The notes under the pieces: model-generated | Seen by the model: the letters and a program-made list of their open reading frames with translations, nothing else | Told to the model about the DNA's origin: nothing | Databases searched by the model: none | In this document: positions 10,093-20,853 of the stretch, piece after piece | How the letters are laid out: the number at the start of each line of letters is the position of its first letter | Numbering within the stretch: the first letter of the stretch is position 1 | Translations under genes and position numbers: made by a program | Source of the DNA: Rhodocyclaceae bacterium | GTDB lineage: Bacteria; Pseudomonadota; Gammaproteobacteria; Burkholderiales; Rhodocyclaceae | NCBI GenBank assembly: GCA_036518635.1 | Contig: DATDMT010000054.1 | Span: 1-61,097, forward strand | Direction of reading: 5' to 3' | DNA length: 61,097 bases

Positions 10093-10641
10093 TCAGCGCA
10101 GGCGGAAGGTGACCGGCAGGATCATCTCCCGCTTGCCGCCGGCATCCACCCGGCCCATCGCATAGGCGGCGCGTAGCGCCGCCTGGTCGAGGATGGGGTG
10201 GCCGCTGCTGGCGGCGATGTCGGCCTCCTGCACGGCGCCGCTGGCGTCCAGGGTCAGCAACAGCCGGACTTCGCCTTCGAGACCGGCTTTGATCGCTTCC
10301 GCCGGGTAGTAGAGGTGTTCGGCCAGCTTGCGCTGGGCGATTTCCGTCACCGGGCGCGGCTTGGCGGCCGGGACCGGGCGCTTGGCAGGAATGGGCGGCG
10401 GTGGTGGCGGTGCTGCCTCGGCCGGGGGGGCGGCCTGGGCGATGGTGTCCTTCAGCAGCGGGCCTTCCGCCGGGGCTTCCGCGGCCGCCGGAATCAGCCT
10501 CACCTCCAGCGGCGGGGCCGGCGCCTTGTCGGCCGGCCAGTGCAGGGCAGAGGCTGCCAGCAACAGGGCATGCAGCAGGAGCGAGATTGCCAGGGCGGCC
10601 GCCAAGCGGTTGCGGGGGGCGGGTTGAGGAAAATGGGCCAT
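10093..10641 (-). CDS. TonB C-terminal-domain (energy transducer-like) protein
   Basis: Start chosen at MAHFPQP (internal to track ORF 10093..10788). Has a TM (LAAALAISLLLHALLLAASAL), a Pro/Ala-rich spacer and a TonB_C-like end YPAEAIKAGLEGEVRLLLTLDASGAV...ILDQAALRA. Confidence 0.7.
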   Translation of the reverse strand: MAHFPQPAPRNRLAAALAISLLLHALLLAASALHWPADKAPAPPLEVRLIPAAAEAPAEGPLLKDTIAQAAPPAEAAPPPPPPIPAKRPVPAAKPRPVTEIAQRKLAEHLYYPAEAIKAGLEGEVRLLLTLDASGAVQEADIAASSGHPILDQAALRAAYAMGRVDAGGKREMILPVTFRLR

Positions 10642-10738
10642 TCTTGGCCTATTATCCGCGCTGCCCCGATCCGGGCGATCCCCGAATAGTCGCCAAGTTT
10701 CCCGAGTTTCCCCCCAGATTTCCCCTGAAGGTTTCCCT

Positions 10739-11845
10739 TTGAAGCATCGATTGCGCAGCCTGCTGTTGGCGGGCCTGGTATTTCTCACCCCCTACGCCTA
10801 TGGAGCTTTGCCGGACCCGGCCGCCTTCGGCGTGGCCATGGAGCTGGGCAATGTGGACAAGGCCCGCGACTGGCTGGACCAGGGACTGCCGCCGGATTTC
10901 GTCGCCGACCGGATCGGCTCGGGCCTGATGATTGCCGCCTGGGAGGGCAACCTGCCGCTGATGGAGGTCTTCGTCCAGCGTGGCGCTGACGTCAATTTCA
11001 CCAACGCCATGGGCGAGCAGGCCCTGCAACTGGCGGCCTGGAAGGGCAAGCTGGAGGCAGTGCAGTGGCTGCTGGCCCACGGCGCCAGCGTCAATCGCCA
11101 GGGCAAGGAATGGAGCGCGCTGCATTACGCGGTGTTCGCCGGCAACGGCGAGATCGCCAAGCTGCTGCTGCAGCGGGGCGCCGACGTGAACGGCCAGGCG
11201 CCGAACGGTTCCTCGGTGCTGATGATGGCGGCGCGGGAAGGCCGCGAGGACCTGGCCAAGGCGTTATTGGCGGCCGGCGCCGATCCGATGCTGAAGAACG
11301 AGAACGGCGACACGGCGCTGAGCTGGGCGATGCGCCAGGGCAACCTGAAGATCGCCAAGCTGGTGTCCTCCCCCAATCAATTCGCCAAGGCGGTCAAGGC
11401 GCCGCCAGAGAGCTTCGGCACGGCGATGCGCTCGGTGCCGCCGCCGGCGGGGATTTCCGAAATCCTGCGGCAGATTCGCCTGGCGGAGGCCCAGGGCCTG
11501 CCCACCGAGGAACTGCGGGCGCGTTTCCATGCGGCCGTGGATGCCTACAAACGCAACGAACCGCCGCCGCGGGCCAAGGCCCTGGTGGTCCAGCCGCGGG
11601 TGCCGAAGGGCCTGGTGATCACCGCCCAGCGCCAGGGCAGCGGCGAGCGCGCCGAGGTGGTCTATGGCGATGCCGCCAAGCCGGCAACGTCTCCCGCGGT
11701 CGCCGCGGCCGCGGCCGGCGCAGTGGCGGAAGACCCGATGGAATTGCTGCGCCAGTTGCGTCTGGCTGACGCCGCGGGCAAGCCCACGACCGAACTGCGC
11801 AAACGCTTCCTCGAAGCGGTGAGACGCTACAAGGGCCAGCAGTGA
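10739..11845 (+). CDS. secreted ankyrin-repeat protein with duplicated C-terminal helical motif
   Basis: TTG start followed by a signal peptide (LLLAGLVFLTPYAYG). Four or more ANK repeats (GADVNFTNAMGEQALQLAAWKG, GASVNRQGKEWSALHYAVFAG, GADVNGQAPNGSSVLMMAAREG, GADPMLKNENGDTALSWAMRQG). Confidence 0.8.
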   Translation: MKHRLRSLLLAGLVFLTPYAYGALPDPAAFGVAMELGNVDKARDWLDQGLPPDFVADRIGSGLMIAAWEGNLPLMEVFVQRGADVNFTNAMGEQALQLAAWKGKLEAVQWLLAHGASVNRQGKEWSALHYAVFAGNGEIAKLLLQRGADVNGQAPNGSSVLMMAAREGREDLAKALLAAGADPMLKNENGDTALSWAMRQGNLKIAKLVSSPNQFAKAVKAPPESFGTAMRSVPPPAGISEILRQIRLAEAQGLPTEELRARFHAAVDAYKRNEPPPRAKALVVQPRVPKGLVITAQRQGSGERAEVVYGDAAKPATSPAVAAAAAGAVAEDPMELLRQLRLADAAGKPTTELRKRFLEAVRRYKGQQ

Positions 11846-12717
11846 TGAGCGACAAATACGAAGTCCGCCCCGAGCAGTCGGTGGAGCTGCTCAAGGAACT
11901 CCATATCCTGACCCGCGACGGCAAGATGAACCAGGACAGCCGGCGCAAGCTGAAGCAGGTCTACCACCTGTTCCAGTTCATCGAGCCACTGCTCAAGGAA
12001 GCCGCCGAAGCCCGCGCCCAGGGCGGCCAGCCGGGCGTCAGCCTGGTGGACCACGGCGCCGGCAAGTCCTATCTGGGCTTCATTCTCTACGACCTGTTCT
12101 TCAAGCAGCAGCCACGGGACTTCGTCGCCGCCAGCCGCATCTGCGGCATCGAGACCCGCGACGAACTGGTGAGCCGCTCGCGGGAACTGGCGGCTCGCCT
12201 GGCTTTCGAGGCGATGGAATTCCAGCGCCTGACGGTGGCCGAGTCCATCGACTCGCCGGCCCTGCCGGCCACGGTGGACATCGTCACCGCGCTGCATGCC
12301 TGCGACACCGCCACCGACGACGCAATCCGTTTCGCCCTGGCCAAGCGCGCCCGCTATATTGTGCTGGTACCCTGTTGCCAGGCCGAGGTGGCGGCGGTGC
12401 TGCGCAAGAATAAGGGCCAGGCCCTCGGCCGTAGCGCCCTGACCGAGCTGTGGCGGCACCCGATCCACACCCGTGAATTCGGCAGCCATGTCACCAACGT
12501 GTTGCGCTGCCTGCAACTGGAGGCCCACGGCTACCAGGTGAACGTTACCGAGCTGGTGGGCTGGGAACATTCGATGAAAAACGAGCTGATCATCGCCAGC
12601 GACAAGAAGCTGCCGCGCCGTCGCCCCACCGAGCGCCTGGCCGAAGTGCTGCAGACTCTCGGCCTGGAGGAGATGGGCGGCCGTTTCTTCGCGCCGGAGG
12701 CGAACCATGGCGATTGA
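11845..12717 (+). CDS. class I SAM-dependent methyltransferase-like protein
   Basis: The ATG overlaps the ankyrin stop (TGATG). Glycine-rich SAM loop LVDHGAGKSYLG and acidic HACDTATDDA block. Product class inferred only from these motifs. Confidence 0.65.
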   Translation: MSDKYEVRPEQSVELLKELHILTRDGKMNQDSRRKLKQVYHLFQFIEPLLKEAAEARAQGGQPGVSLVDHGAGKSYLGFILYDLFFKQQPRDFVAASRICGIETRDELVSRSRELAARLAFEAMEFQRLTVAESIDSPALPATVDIVTALHACDTATDDAIRFALAKRARYIVLVPCCQAEVAAVLRKNKGQALGRSALTELWRHPIHTREFGSHVTNVLRCLQLEAHGYQVNVTELVGWEHSMKNELIIASDKKLPRRRPTERLAEVLQTLGLEEMGGRFFAPEANHGD

Positions 12718-12925
12718 GTTCCAACTGCGCGGCGAATACGTCGCTCTCTGCGATCTGCTTAAGCTGGCCGGCATCGCCCAGAGCGGCGGCCAGGGCAAGC
12801 TGATGGTGGCCGAGGGCGAAGTGAGCGTGGACGGCCAGCCGGAAAACCGCAAGGCGGCGAAGATCCGCGCCGGCCAGGTGGTCGAGTGCCTCGGCCAGAA
12901 AATTCACGTGATCGCGGAGAATTAA
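12707..12925 (+). CDS. ybcJ: S4-domain RNA-binding protein (YbcJ family)
   Basis: 72 aa: EYVALCDLLKLAGIAQSGGQGKLMVAEGEVSVDGQPENRKAAKIRAGQVV. GGAGG RBS; 11-nt overlap with the upstream gene. Confidence 0.8.
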   Translation: MAIEFQLRGEYVALCDLLKLAGIAQSGGQGKLMVAEGEVSVDGQPENRKAAKIRAGQVVECLGQKIHVIAEN

Positions 12926-12945
12926 GGTGTGGACCTATCCCCCGA

Positions 12946-12966
12946 CCCCTTTCCCGAGGAAAGGGG
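12946..12966 (+). terminator. stem-loop downstream of ybcJ (weak terminator candidate)
   Basis: Stem CCCCTTTCC (12946-12954) / GGAAAGGGG (12958-12966), 9 bp with a 3-nt loop. Only a weak T-rich tail follows. Confidence 0.3.
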
Positions 12967-13044
12967 TGACGTTGGTTCAGCCGTGTTACGGCTTCCACGC
13001 TCAAACAACTAGGCCTCCTTCGGGCGGCCGTGCGGAGGCCTGAG

Positions 13045-13956
13045 ATGGCGATTCAATGGTTCCCCGGCCACATGACCTCGGCGCGCAAGAAGGCCGCCGA
13101 GGTGATGGCCAAGACCGACGTGGTGATCGAAGTGCTCGACGCCCGCCTGCCCGAGGCCAGCAGCAACCCGATGATCCGCGAGCTGCGCCTGCACCGCCAG
13201 CGCCCCTGCCTGAAGCTGCTGAACAAGTCCGACCTGGCTGACCCGGAAGTGACCAAGGCCTGGCTCGACTACTACAACCGCCAGCCGGGGGTGAAGGCCG
13301 TCGCCATCTCCAGCAAGAAGGCCAGCGACGTGACCAAGATTCCCGGCCACTGCCAGACCCTGGCGCCGCATCGCGACGACAACCACAAGCCGCTACGGAT
13401 GATGATCATGGGCATCCCCAACGTCGGCAAATCGACGCTGATGAATGCGCTCTTGAAGCGCAAGGTGGCGGCGGTGGGCGACGAGCCGGCGGTGACCAAG
13501 AGCGTGCAGAGCCTGGATATCAGCCCGCGCCAGACCATTACCGATACGCCGGGCCTGCTCTGGCCGAAGATTGAGCACGACAGCGACGGCTACATGCTGG
13601 CCGCCAGCCATGCGGTGGGCGTCAACGCGGTGATCGAGGAAGAGGTCGCCGCCCACTTGGCGGAAATTCTGCTGGCGCGCTATCCGCAGTTGCTGGCCGC
13701 CCGCTACGGCTTCAAGACCGAGGGCATGGACCCCATCGGCGTGATCGAAGCAGTGGCGAAAAAGCGCAGTTGCTTCCTCAAGGGCAAACACGCCGGCGAG
13801 CTGGATATGGACAAGGCCTCGATCATCCTGCTGACCGAATACCGCGGCGGCATCCTGGGCCGGATCAGTCTGGAAACCCCGGAGAGCCGCGCCGCGATGT
13901 TGGCGGCGGCAGCCAGCAGCAAGGCCGCCAAGGCGGCACCCGCCGCAGAAGAGTAA
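13045..13956 (+). CDS. rbgA: ribosome biogenesis GTPase A (YlqF/RbgA family, circularly permuted GTPase)
   Basis: Starts MAIQWFPGHM. Permuted G motifs LLNKSDL, then MIMGIPNVGKSTLMNAL, then ITDTPGLLWP. Confidence 0.9.
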   Translation: MAIQWFPGHMTSARKKAAEVMAKTDVVIEVLDARLPEASSNPMIRELRLHRQRPCLKLLNKSDLADPEVTKAWLDYYNRQPGVKAVAISSKKASDVTKIPGHCQTLAPHRDDNHKPLRMMIMGIPNVGKSTLMNALLKRKVAAVGDEPAVTKSVQSLDISPRQTITDTPGLLWPKIEHDSDGYMLAASHAVGVNAVIEEEVAAHLAEILLARYPQLLAARYGFKTEGMDPIGVIEAVAKKRSCFLKGKHAGELDMDKASIILLTEYRGGILGRISLETPESRAAMLAAAASSKAAKAAPAAEE

Positions 13957-14012
13957 CGGCGCCGCGTCATCGCGGTGCTATTCTGAACGGGTATTTTCGC
14001 CGCGGCCCTTCC

Positions 14013-15641
14013 ATGTCAATTCGCTTCAGACACAGCCTGGTTTTTCGCATCGGCCTGGTTGGTCTGTTTCTGGTGGCGCTTGGCACCGGGATGCGGCTGG
14101 CCATGTCGCTGCCCTTCCTGCAAAGCCAGATCCTGGAACTGGCTTCGGCGCAGCAGTTGTCGATTGCCAGCTATGCCGCCGCCGATATCGATGGGCGCAT
14201 CAATCGGCGACTGCAATTGATCGGCACGCTGGCGCATAACTTCGCCCGACATCAACCGCAAAGCCAGGACGCAGTCAGCGAATGGGTGCGTGAGCGACAG
14301 GAACTGAATTCGGTATTCAACAGCGGTCTGCTGGTGGTTCGGCCCGACGGCAAAGGCCTGCTCGGCGAGTACCCGGTGGTGCCCAAGCGCGCCGGCCTGG
14401 ATTTCTCCCAGACCGATTGGTTCCGCGATGCCGTACGCGGCACCCTGCCGGTGGTCGGCAAGCCCTATCGTGGCCGTGCCGATGGCGATCCGATCGTGGT
14501 GATGGCAGCGGCGGCGCGCGATCAGCGCGGCCAGTTGCTGGCGGTCATCGCGGGGGTTTCGGTGATCACCGCGCCGGGCTTTCTCGACCCCCTGCTAACT
14601 TCCCGCATCGGCGACAGTGGCGGTTTTCTGCTGATTTCGCCGCGGGACAACCTGTTCGTCTTTTCTTCCGATCCGAGCATGATCCTCAAGCCGACGCCGC
14701 CGGCTGGTGTCAATCTGCTGCACGACCGGGCCATGGCCGGGTTTCGCGGCAGCGGCGTGACAGTCAATGCCAAGGGCGTCGAGGAGCTCTCGGCGATGGC
14801 CAGCGTGCCCGCCACCGGCTGGTTCGTCGTCGCTCGCTTGCCGACGGCCGAGGCCCTGCGGCCGGTGGATTCCCTGCGCGACTTCTTCCTGCGCAACAGC
14901 GTGCTGAACGTGGCGGTGGTGCTGGGCCTGATGTTTTGGCTGTTGCCGCGGATGCTGCGGCCCCTGCGTGAGGCGGCGAAGGCGATGCACCGTATGGCGG
15001 ATGGCCGCAACGAGCTGAAGCCGCTGCCGGCGGGGCGCCCCGACGAAGTAGGGGAAATGGTGGCTGGCTTCAATTTCCTGCTGGAGAAGCTGCAGCGCAA
15101 CGAGGCCAGCCTGCGCGAGAGCGAGGGGCGGCTGGCCTACATGGCCCATCACGACGTGCTGACCGGCTTGCCCAACCGGGTGATGTTCGAGGATCGCCTG
15201 GCCCAGGCCCTGGCCCGCGCCGAGCGCAGCAAGCAGCAGATGGCAGTGCTGTTCTGCGATCTGGACGGCTTCAAGCCGGTGAATGACGAGCATGGCCATG
15301 CGGTCGGCGATCTGGTTTTGCAGCAGGTGGCGGAGCGTCTCAGCGACGGCCGTCGTCGCGCCGATACGGTGGCCCGCCTCGGCGGCGACGAGTTCGTCAT
15401 CCTGCTGCCCGACCTGGACGATGCGCGATCGGCGGCAGCCATCGTCGCCCAGCAATGCATCGCCTCGATTCAACAGCCAATTGATCTGGACGGACGTTCG
15501 ATCCGGGTCTGCGTCTCCATCGGCGTGGCCCTCTACCCGCAGGCCGGCGATAGCGGTTCGCAACTGCTCTCCTGCGCCGACGCCGCGATGTACCGGGCCA
15601 AGCAGGCCGGCAAGGGCCGCTACGTTTTCCTCGACGAATGA
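14013..15641 (+). CDS. diguanylate cyclase with periplasmic dCache-like sensor, HAMP and GGDEF domains
   Basis: Start at MSIRFRHSLVF, followed by a TM. Then a ~280-aa periplasmic domain, a second TM and HAMP, with an intact active site RLGGDEFVILL and an RxxD-like upstream site. Confidence 0.85.
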   Translation: MSIRFRHSLVFRIGLVGLFLVALGTGMRLAMSLPFLQSQILELASAQQLSIASYAAADIDGRINRRLQLIGTLAHNFARHQPQSQDAVSEWVRERQELNSVFNSGLLVVRPDGKGLLGEYPVVPKRAGLDFSQTDWFRDAVRGTLPVVGKPYRGRADGDPIVVMAAAARDQRGQLLAVIAGVSVITAPGFLDPLLTSRIGDSGGFLLISPRDNLFVFSSDPSMILKPTPPAGVNLLHDRAMAGFRGSGVTVNAKGVEELSAMASVPATGWFVVARLPTAEALRPVDSLRDFFLRNSVLNVAVVLGLMFWLLPRMLRPLREAAKAMHRMADGRNELKPLPAGRPDEVGEMVAGFNFLLEKLQRNEASLRESEGRLAYMAHHDVLTGLPNRVMFEDRLAQALARAERSKQQMAVLFCDLDGFKPVNDEHGHAVGDLVLQQVAERLSDGRRRADTVARLGGDEFVILLPDLDDARSAAAIVAQQCIASIQQPIDLDGRSIRVCVSIGVALYPQAGDSGSQLLSCADAAMYRAKQAGKGRYVFLDE

Positions 15642-15648
15642 GTCCGAA

Positions 15649-16092
15649 CTAGCGGCGCTTGCGCCGTAGCGGCTTGCTGAGCTTGGCCCCCAGGCCGACC
15701 GCGGCGCGGGCCAGCAGGTCGGCCTCGCCGTTGCGATGGCGCGGCAGCCAGCGCAATTCCACCTCCTCGAAGCCGGCCAACAATTCCTGCGCCGCGGCGA
15801 TCAGCGGCCGCAGGCGCGGCACCGCCGTCTGCTGCTGGCCGAGGACGTGGCGGACGACGAAATCGCTGTCGCTGTAGGCCTGCAGGTGCTGCACTCCGGC
15901 TGCTGCTGCGAGGCGCAGGCCGAGGCAGAGGGCCTGCAGTTCGGCGCTGTTGTTGCAGCCCTGCTGGCCGGGGGCTTGGCTCTGGCTTTGGCGTTGCCCG
16001 TCAGGGCCTGCCAGGACGATGCCGAGGCCGATGCGGCCGGGGTTGGGGAGGGCGGTGCCGTCCACCCAGAGTTGCCATTGCGGCGCGGACAT
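15649..16092 (-). CDS. RNase H-like (type 1 RNase H fold) protein
   Basis: 147 aa. Contains LWVDGTALPNPGRIGLGIVL, NNSAELQALCLGLRLA, AYSDSDFVV and NGEADLLAR, i.e. a DEDD-type catalytic residue pattern. Confidence 0.75.
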   Translation of the reverse strand: MSAPQWQLWVDGTALPNPGRIGLGIVLAGPDGQRQSQSQAPGQQGCNNSAELQALCLGLRLAAAAGVQHLQAYSDSDFVVRHVLGQQQTAVPRLRPLIAAAQELLAGFEEVELRWLPRHRNGEADLLARAAVGLGAKLSKPLRRKRR

Positions 16093-16163
16093 GGTGTGTA
16101 GCCGGGGGATGCGGGGCGACGATGGTATCTAACTATCCGCCCGACCATTCAAGTCGGCAAGGC

Positions 16164-16192
16164 AAAATCCCGCGGTCGGCGCGCGGGATTTT
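16164..16192 (-). terminator. rho-independent terminator candidate
   Basis: AAAATCCCGCG (16164-16174) / CGCGGGATTTT (16182-16192): 11-bp stem, 7-nt loop, U-tail on either strand. It lies 10 nt downstream of the 16202..16447 ORF. Confidence 0.45.
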
Positions 16193-16201
16193 GTGGTCTG
16201 T

Positions 16202-16447
16202 TCAGGCGAAGCTCAGGCGAAAACGATCGTGGGGGACGATGCGTTCGCCGGTTTCGGCGATCAGCAGGCCATGACGCAGGTATGCCAGCTTGGTCAGCAG
16301 CAGTTGCGGCAGGGCGGCGGCGTCCTCAAGAATCAGCTCCTCGCCTTGTTTCATGGCTTGGCAGAGGGGGCCATAGCGGAATTCTTCCTGGTCTTCCAGG
16401 CCGATCAGTTCGTCTAGGTCGGTACGTGATGTGCAGTGGTGTCTCAT
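16202..16447 (-). pseudogene. fragment of an AAA_5 / MoxR-NorQ-CbbQ-type ATPase (Walker B to sensor region only)
   Basis: 81 aa. The blocks DLDELIGLEDQEEFRYGPLCQAMKQGEELILEDAAALPQLLLTKLAYL and IAETGERIVPHDRFRLSFA match the middle of AAA_5 domains. No Walker A is found in any frame of the 300 nt upstream. Confidence 0.4.
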
Positions 16448-16745
16448 GATGCTCTCCGGTCGAGCGAGCGGTTTGTTGCCTTGCTGCTCAAACGGATATC
16501 AGCAATATCGGTGCCACTGATTTTTGGCCGGGCCTTGGGGCGCCTCTCCGGTGCTGCTGGCCGATCCCCGGCCTTGCCGGAGCGCCGCAGCAGATGCGGT
16601 ACCGCGACAAGTGTCGCTTTGTCTCAGGCAGGTGTCGCAGCGTTTTCCGGCAGGGTTTGCCGCGCGGCGCCGGCGGCGACCGATGTACGGAATCCGGACG
16701 GGTGTGCGGCCGGATTGACCAAAGCCCGGCCAATCGCTGGGGGTT

Positions 16746-18914
<2,169 letters not shown>

Positions 18915-18960
18915 GGCCGGGCGGAATGGGTTACGACGGTGGTGCCGAACGGGATGCGGG

Positions 18961-19536
18961 TCAGGCCAGCTTGCAGCGGCTTTGGGCGGGTACGTGGCGG
19001 GCCAGAAAATCCATTTGATCAGCAAGGATGCTGCGGTTGCTGAGGATCAGGTACTCGGCCTTGTTCGGCACATACGGAGCGTACAGCAGTTCCATGCTCG
19101 CCTGTTCGGGAGTGCGTCCACTTTTTCGCTGATTGCAGGGTTTGCAGGCGGCGACCACGTTCATCCAGGTATCAAGCCCACCTTGCGAGACGGGTTTTAC
19201 ATGGTCGCGGGTGAGGCGGCTGCCGGGCAGGTCGCTGCCGCAGTAGGCGCAGATGTGGCGGTCGCGGTGGAACAGCTCGCGGTTGGTCAGCGGCGGCACC
19301 TGGCGCGCGCTGCGCGCCGCCAGCGCTTTGCCGCGGATGGCGATGATGCTGTTGGCGCGGATTTCGGAGCGCTCGCCGGTGACCCGGTTGATGCCGCCCT
19401 GGAAGATGAAGCTGTGATCGCCGATGGCCCAGGCCACCAGATCCTTGGCGTAATAAAAGCAGGCGTGCTGCCAGCTTACCCAGCGATTGGGCACGCCGTG
19501 TTGATCGAGAGTGAGGATCAGTGGATGCATGCTCAT
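18961..19536 (-). CDS. HNH endonuclease-domain protein
   Basis: 191 aa. HNH core [43 protein letters not shown]; the N-terminal ~95 aa are unassigned. Confidence 0.85.
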   Translation of the reverse strand: MSMHPLILTLDQHGVPNRWVSWQHACFYYAKDLVAWAIGDHSFIFQGGINRVTGERSEIRANSIIAIRGKALAARSARQVPPLTNRELFHRDRHICAYCGSDLPGSRLTRDHVKPVSQGGLDTWMNVVAACKPCNQRKSGRTPEQASMELLYAPYVPNKAEYLILSNRSILADQMDFLARHVPAQSRCKLA

Positions 19537-19616
19537 GACAGATGAAATCTGGTTGAATGGCAGCCGACCTACTTCGCTTGACCTGCTTTACGTGTGTCCT
19601 AGCGTAACAAAGCTCC

Positions 19617-20207
19617 GTGACTTCTCCTATAGACCCGCACTGGCGCGCTTCGTTCAGAGCCCTGGCGATTTCGCTGGCGCTGCATGGGGTGTTGCTCTGG
19701 CAGATGCCGGTGCTGCCGGCCTTGCTGGCGGCGGGCAGCCCCTTGCAGGCGACGGTGCGGCGCGCGGTGCCGGCAGTAGTGCAAGAACCGGCGTCGCCGG
19801 CGACGCTACCGCGCCGCGCGGCGCGGCCTGTGGCGGAGCGGGCGGTATCTCCCCGCCCGGTGGCGGCACCTGCCGCGGCCCTGGCACCGGCCATCGCCAG
19901 CGAGGGGCTGGATGGCGACGGGCTGCGCGCCTATCGCCTTGCCTTGGCGGTGGCGGCACGGCGTTTCTGGCATTACCCGGAGGCGGCGCGAGCGGCCGGC
20001 GTCGGCGGCCGGGCGACGGTGCGGGTGGCGGTGAGCAGCGCCGGTTACGCTGCTGTAGCGGGCCTGGCCGAATCCAGCGGCGATAGCGAGTTGGATCGGG
20101 CGGCGCTGGCCTTGATCGGGCAGGCCACGGCCGCCGCGCCCTTGGCCGAGTCGCTGCGCGGGAAAACCTTTACCTTGGACTTGCCGGTGGTGTTCGAAAC
20201 GCCTTAG
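19617..20207 (+). CDS. TonB C-terminal-domain protein
   Basis: GTG start; TM ALAISLALHGVLLW; Ala/Pro-rich spacer. TonB_C-like end YPEAARAAGVGGRATVRVAVSSAGY...SGDSELDRAAL. Confidence 0.6.
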   Translation: MTSPIDPHWRASFRALAISLALHGVLLWQMPVLPALLAAGSPLQATVRRAVPAVVQEPASPATLPRRAARPVAERAVSPRPVAAPAAALAPAIASEGLDGDGLRAYRLALAVAARRFWHYPEAARAAGVGGRATVRVAVSSAGYAAVAGLAESSGDSELDRAALALIGQATAAAPLAESLRGKTFTLDLPVVFETP

Positions 20208-20752
20208 CGGGGGTGGCGGATTTCGTGGCTGTGCAGGCCGAAGGCGCCACGGCGGCGGTCGGCGAAAAAAGCCTTGAGGGTGAACTCCACGGAGCGGAAG
20301 GCGAGTTGCTCCCAGGGAATCTCTTCCTCGCGGAACAGGCGCGTTTCCAGGGTTTCCACGCCGGGAGAAAATTCCGGGGCCTGCAGTCGGGCGCGGAAGA
20401 ACATCATCACCTGGCCGATGTCGGGGGCGCTGATCAGGGTGTACAGGCCGTCGAGTAGCGGCTGGGTATTGGCTTCCTCGCGGGTCTCGCGCAGGGCGCC
20501 CTGTTCGACGCTTTCGCCCAGTTCCATGAAGCCGGCCGGCAGGGTCCACAGGCCATGGCGCGGCTCGATGGCACGGCGGCAGAGCAGCACCTGTTCCTGC
20601 CACACCGGCAGGGTGCCGACCACCATCTTCGGGTTGCGGTAGTGGATTGCGCCGCAGTGCGGGCAAACCTTGCGCAGCGCGGTATCCCCGGGCGGAACCT
20701 GCAGCGCGGTGGCGCCGCCGCAGACGGAGCAGTAGTTGATGTCCAGGTCCAT
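20204..20752 (-). CDS. NUDIX hydrolase with N-terminal zinc ribbon
   Basis: CSVCGG...CPHCG ribbon. Nudix box GFMELGESVEQGALRETREEA. Confidence 0.85.
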   Translation of the reverse strand: MDLDINYCSVCGGATALQVPPGDTALRKVCPHCGAIHYRNPKMVVGTLPVWQEQVLLCRRAIEPRHGLWTLPAGFMELGESVEQGALRETREEANTQPLLDGLYTLISAPDIGQVMMFFRARLQAPEFSPGVETLETRLFREEEIPWEQLAFRSVEFTLKAFFADRRRGAFGLHSHEIRHPR

Positions 20753-20853
20753 GATCGGCCGATTCTACCGCGCTGGATCGAGCCGTTTGCCGTCAGCCCT
20801 ATGGTATAAATCCCTGAATTATCGGCCCTTCGCGGCCCCCAGACCTTTCCGCA

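Noticed and set aside
13011-13047. Hairpin AGGCCTCC (13011-13018) / GGAGGCCT (13034-13041) that would sequester the GGAGG ribosome-binding site of the ylqF/rbgA gene.
   Set aside because: It is a single 8-bp stem in GC-rich DNA and could easily occur by chance. There is no alternative pairing or conserved leader that I can see, so the evidence is insufficient to call a riboregulator.
13770-14012. An N-terminal extension of the diguanylate cyclase ORF (track start 13770). Similar upstream extensions occur for ygiQ (to 19025), flhC (23308), the PP2C-kinase gene (38170), the HDOD gene (54617) and the PAS kinase (55407).
   Set aside because: The extensions overlap the 3' ends of upstream genes, are Arg/Pro/Gly-rich and lack family similarity. 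Internal starts give canonical N-termini (signal or TM segments, or conserved first motifs) and usually have an RBS.
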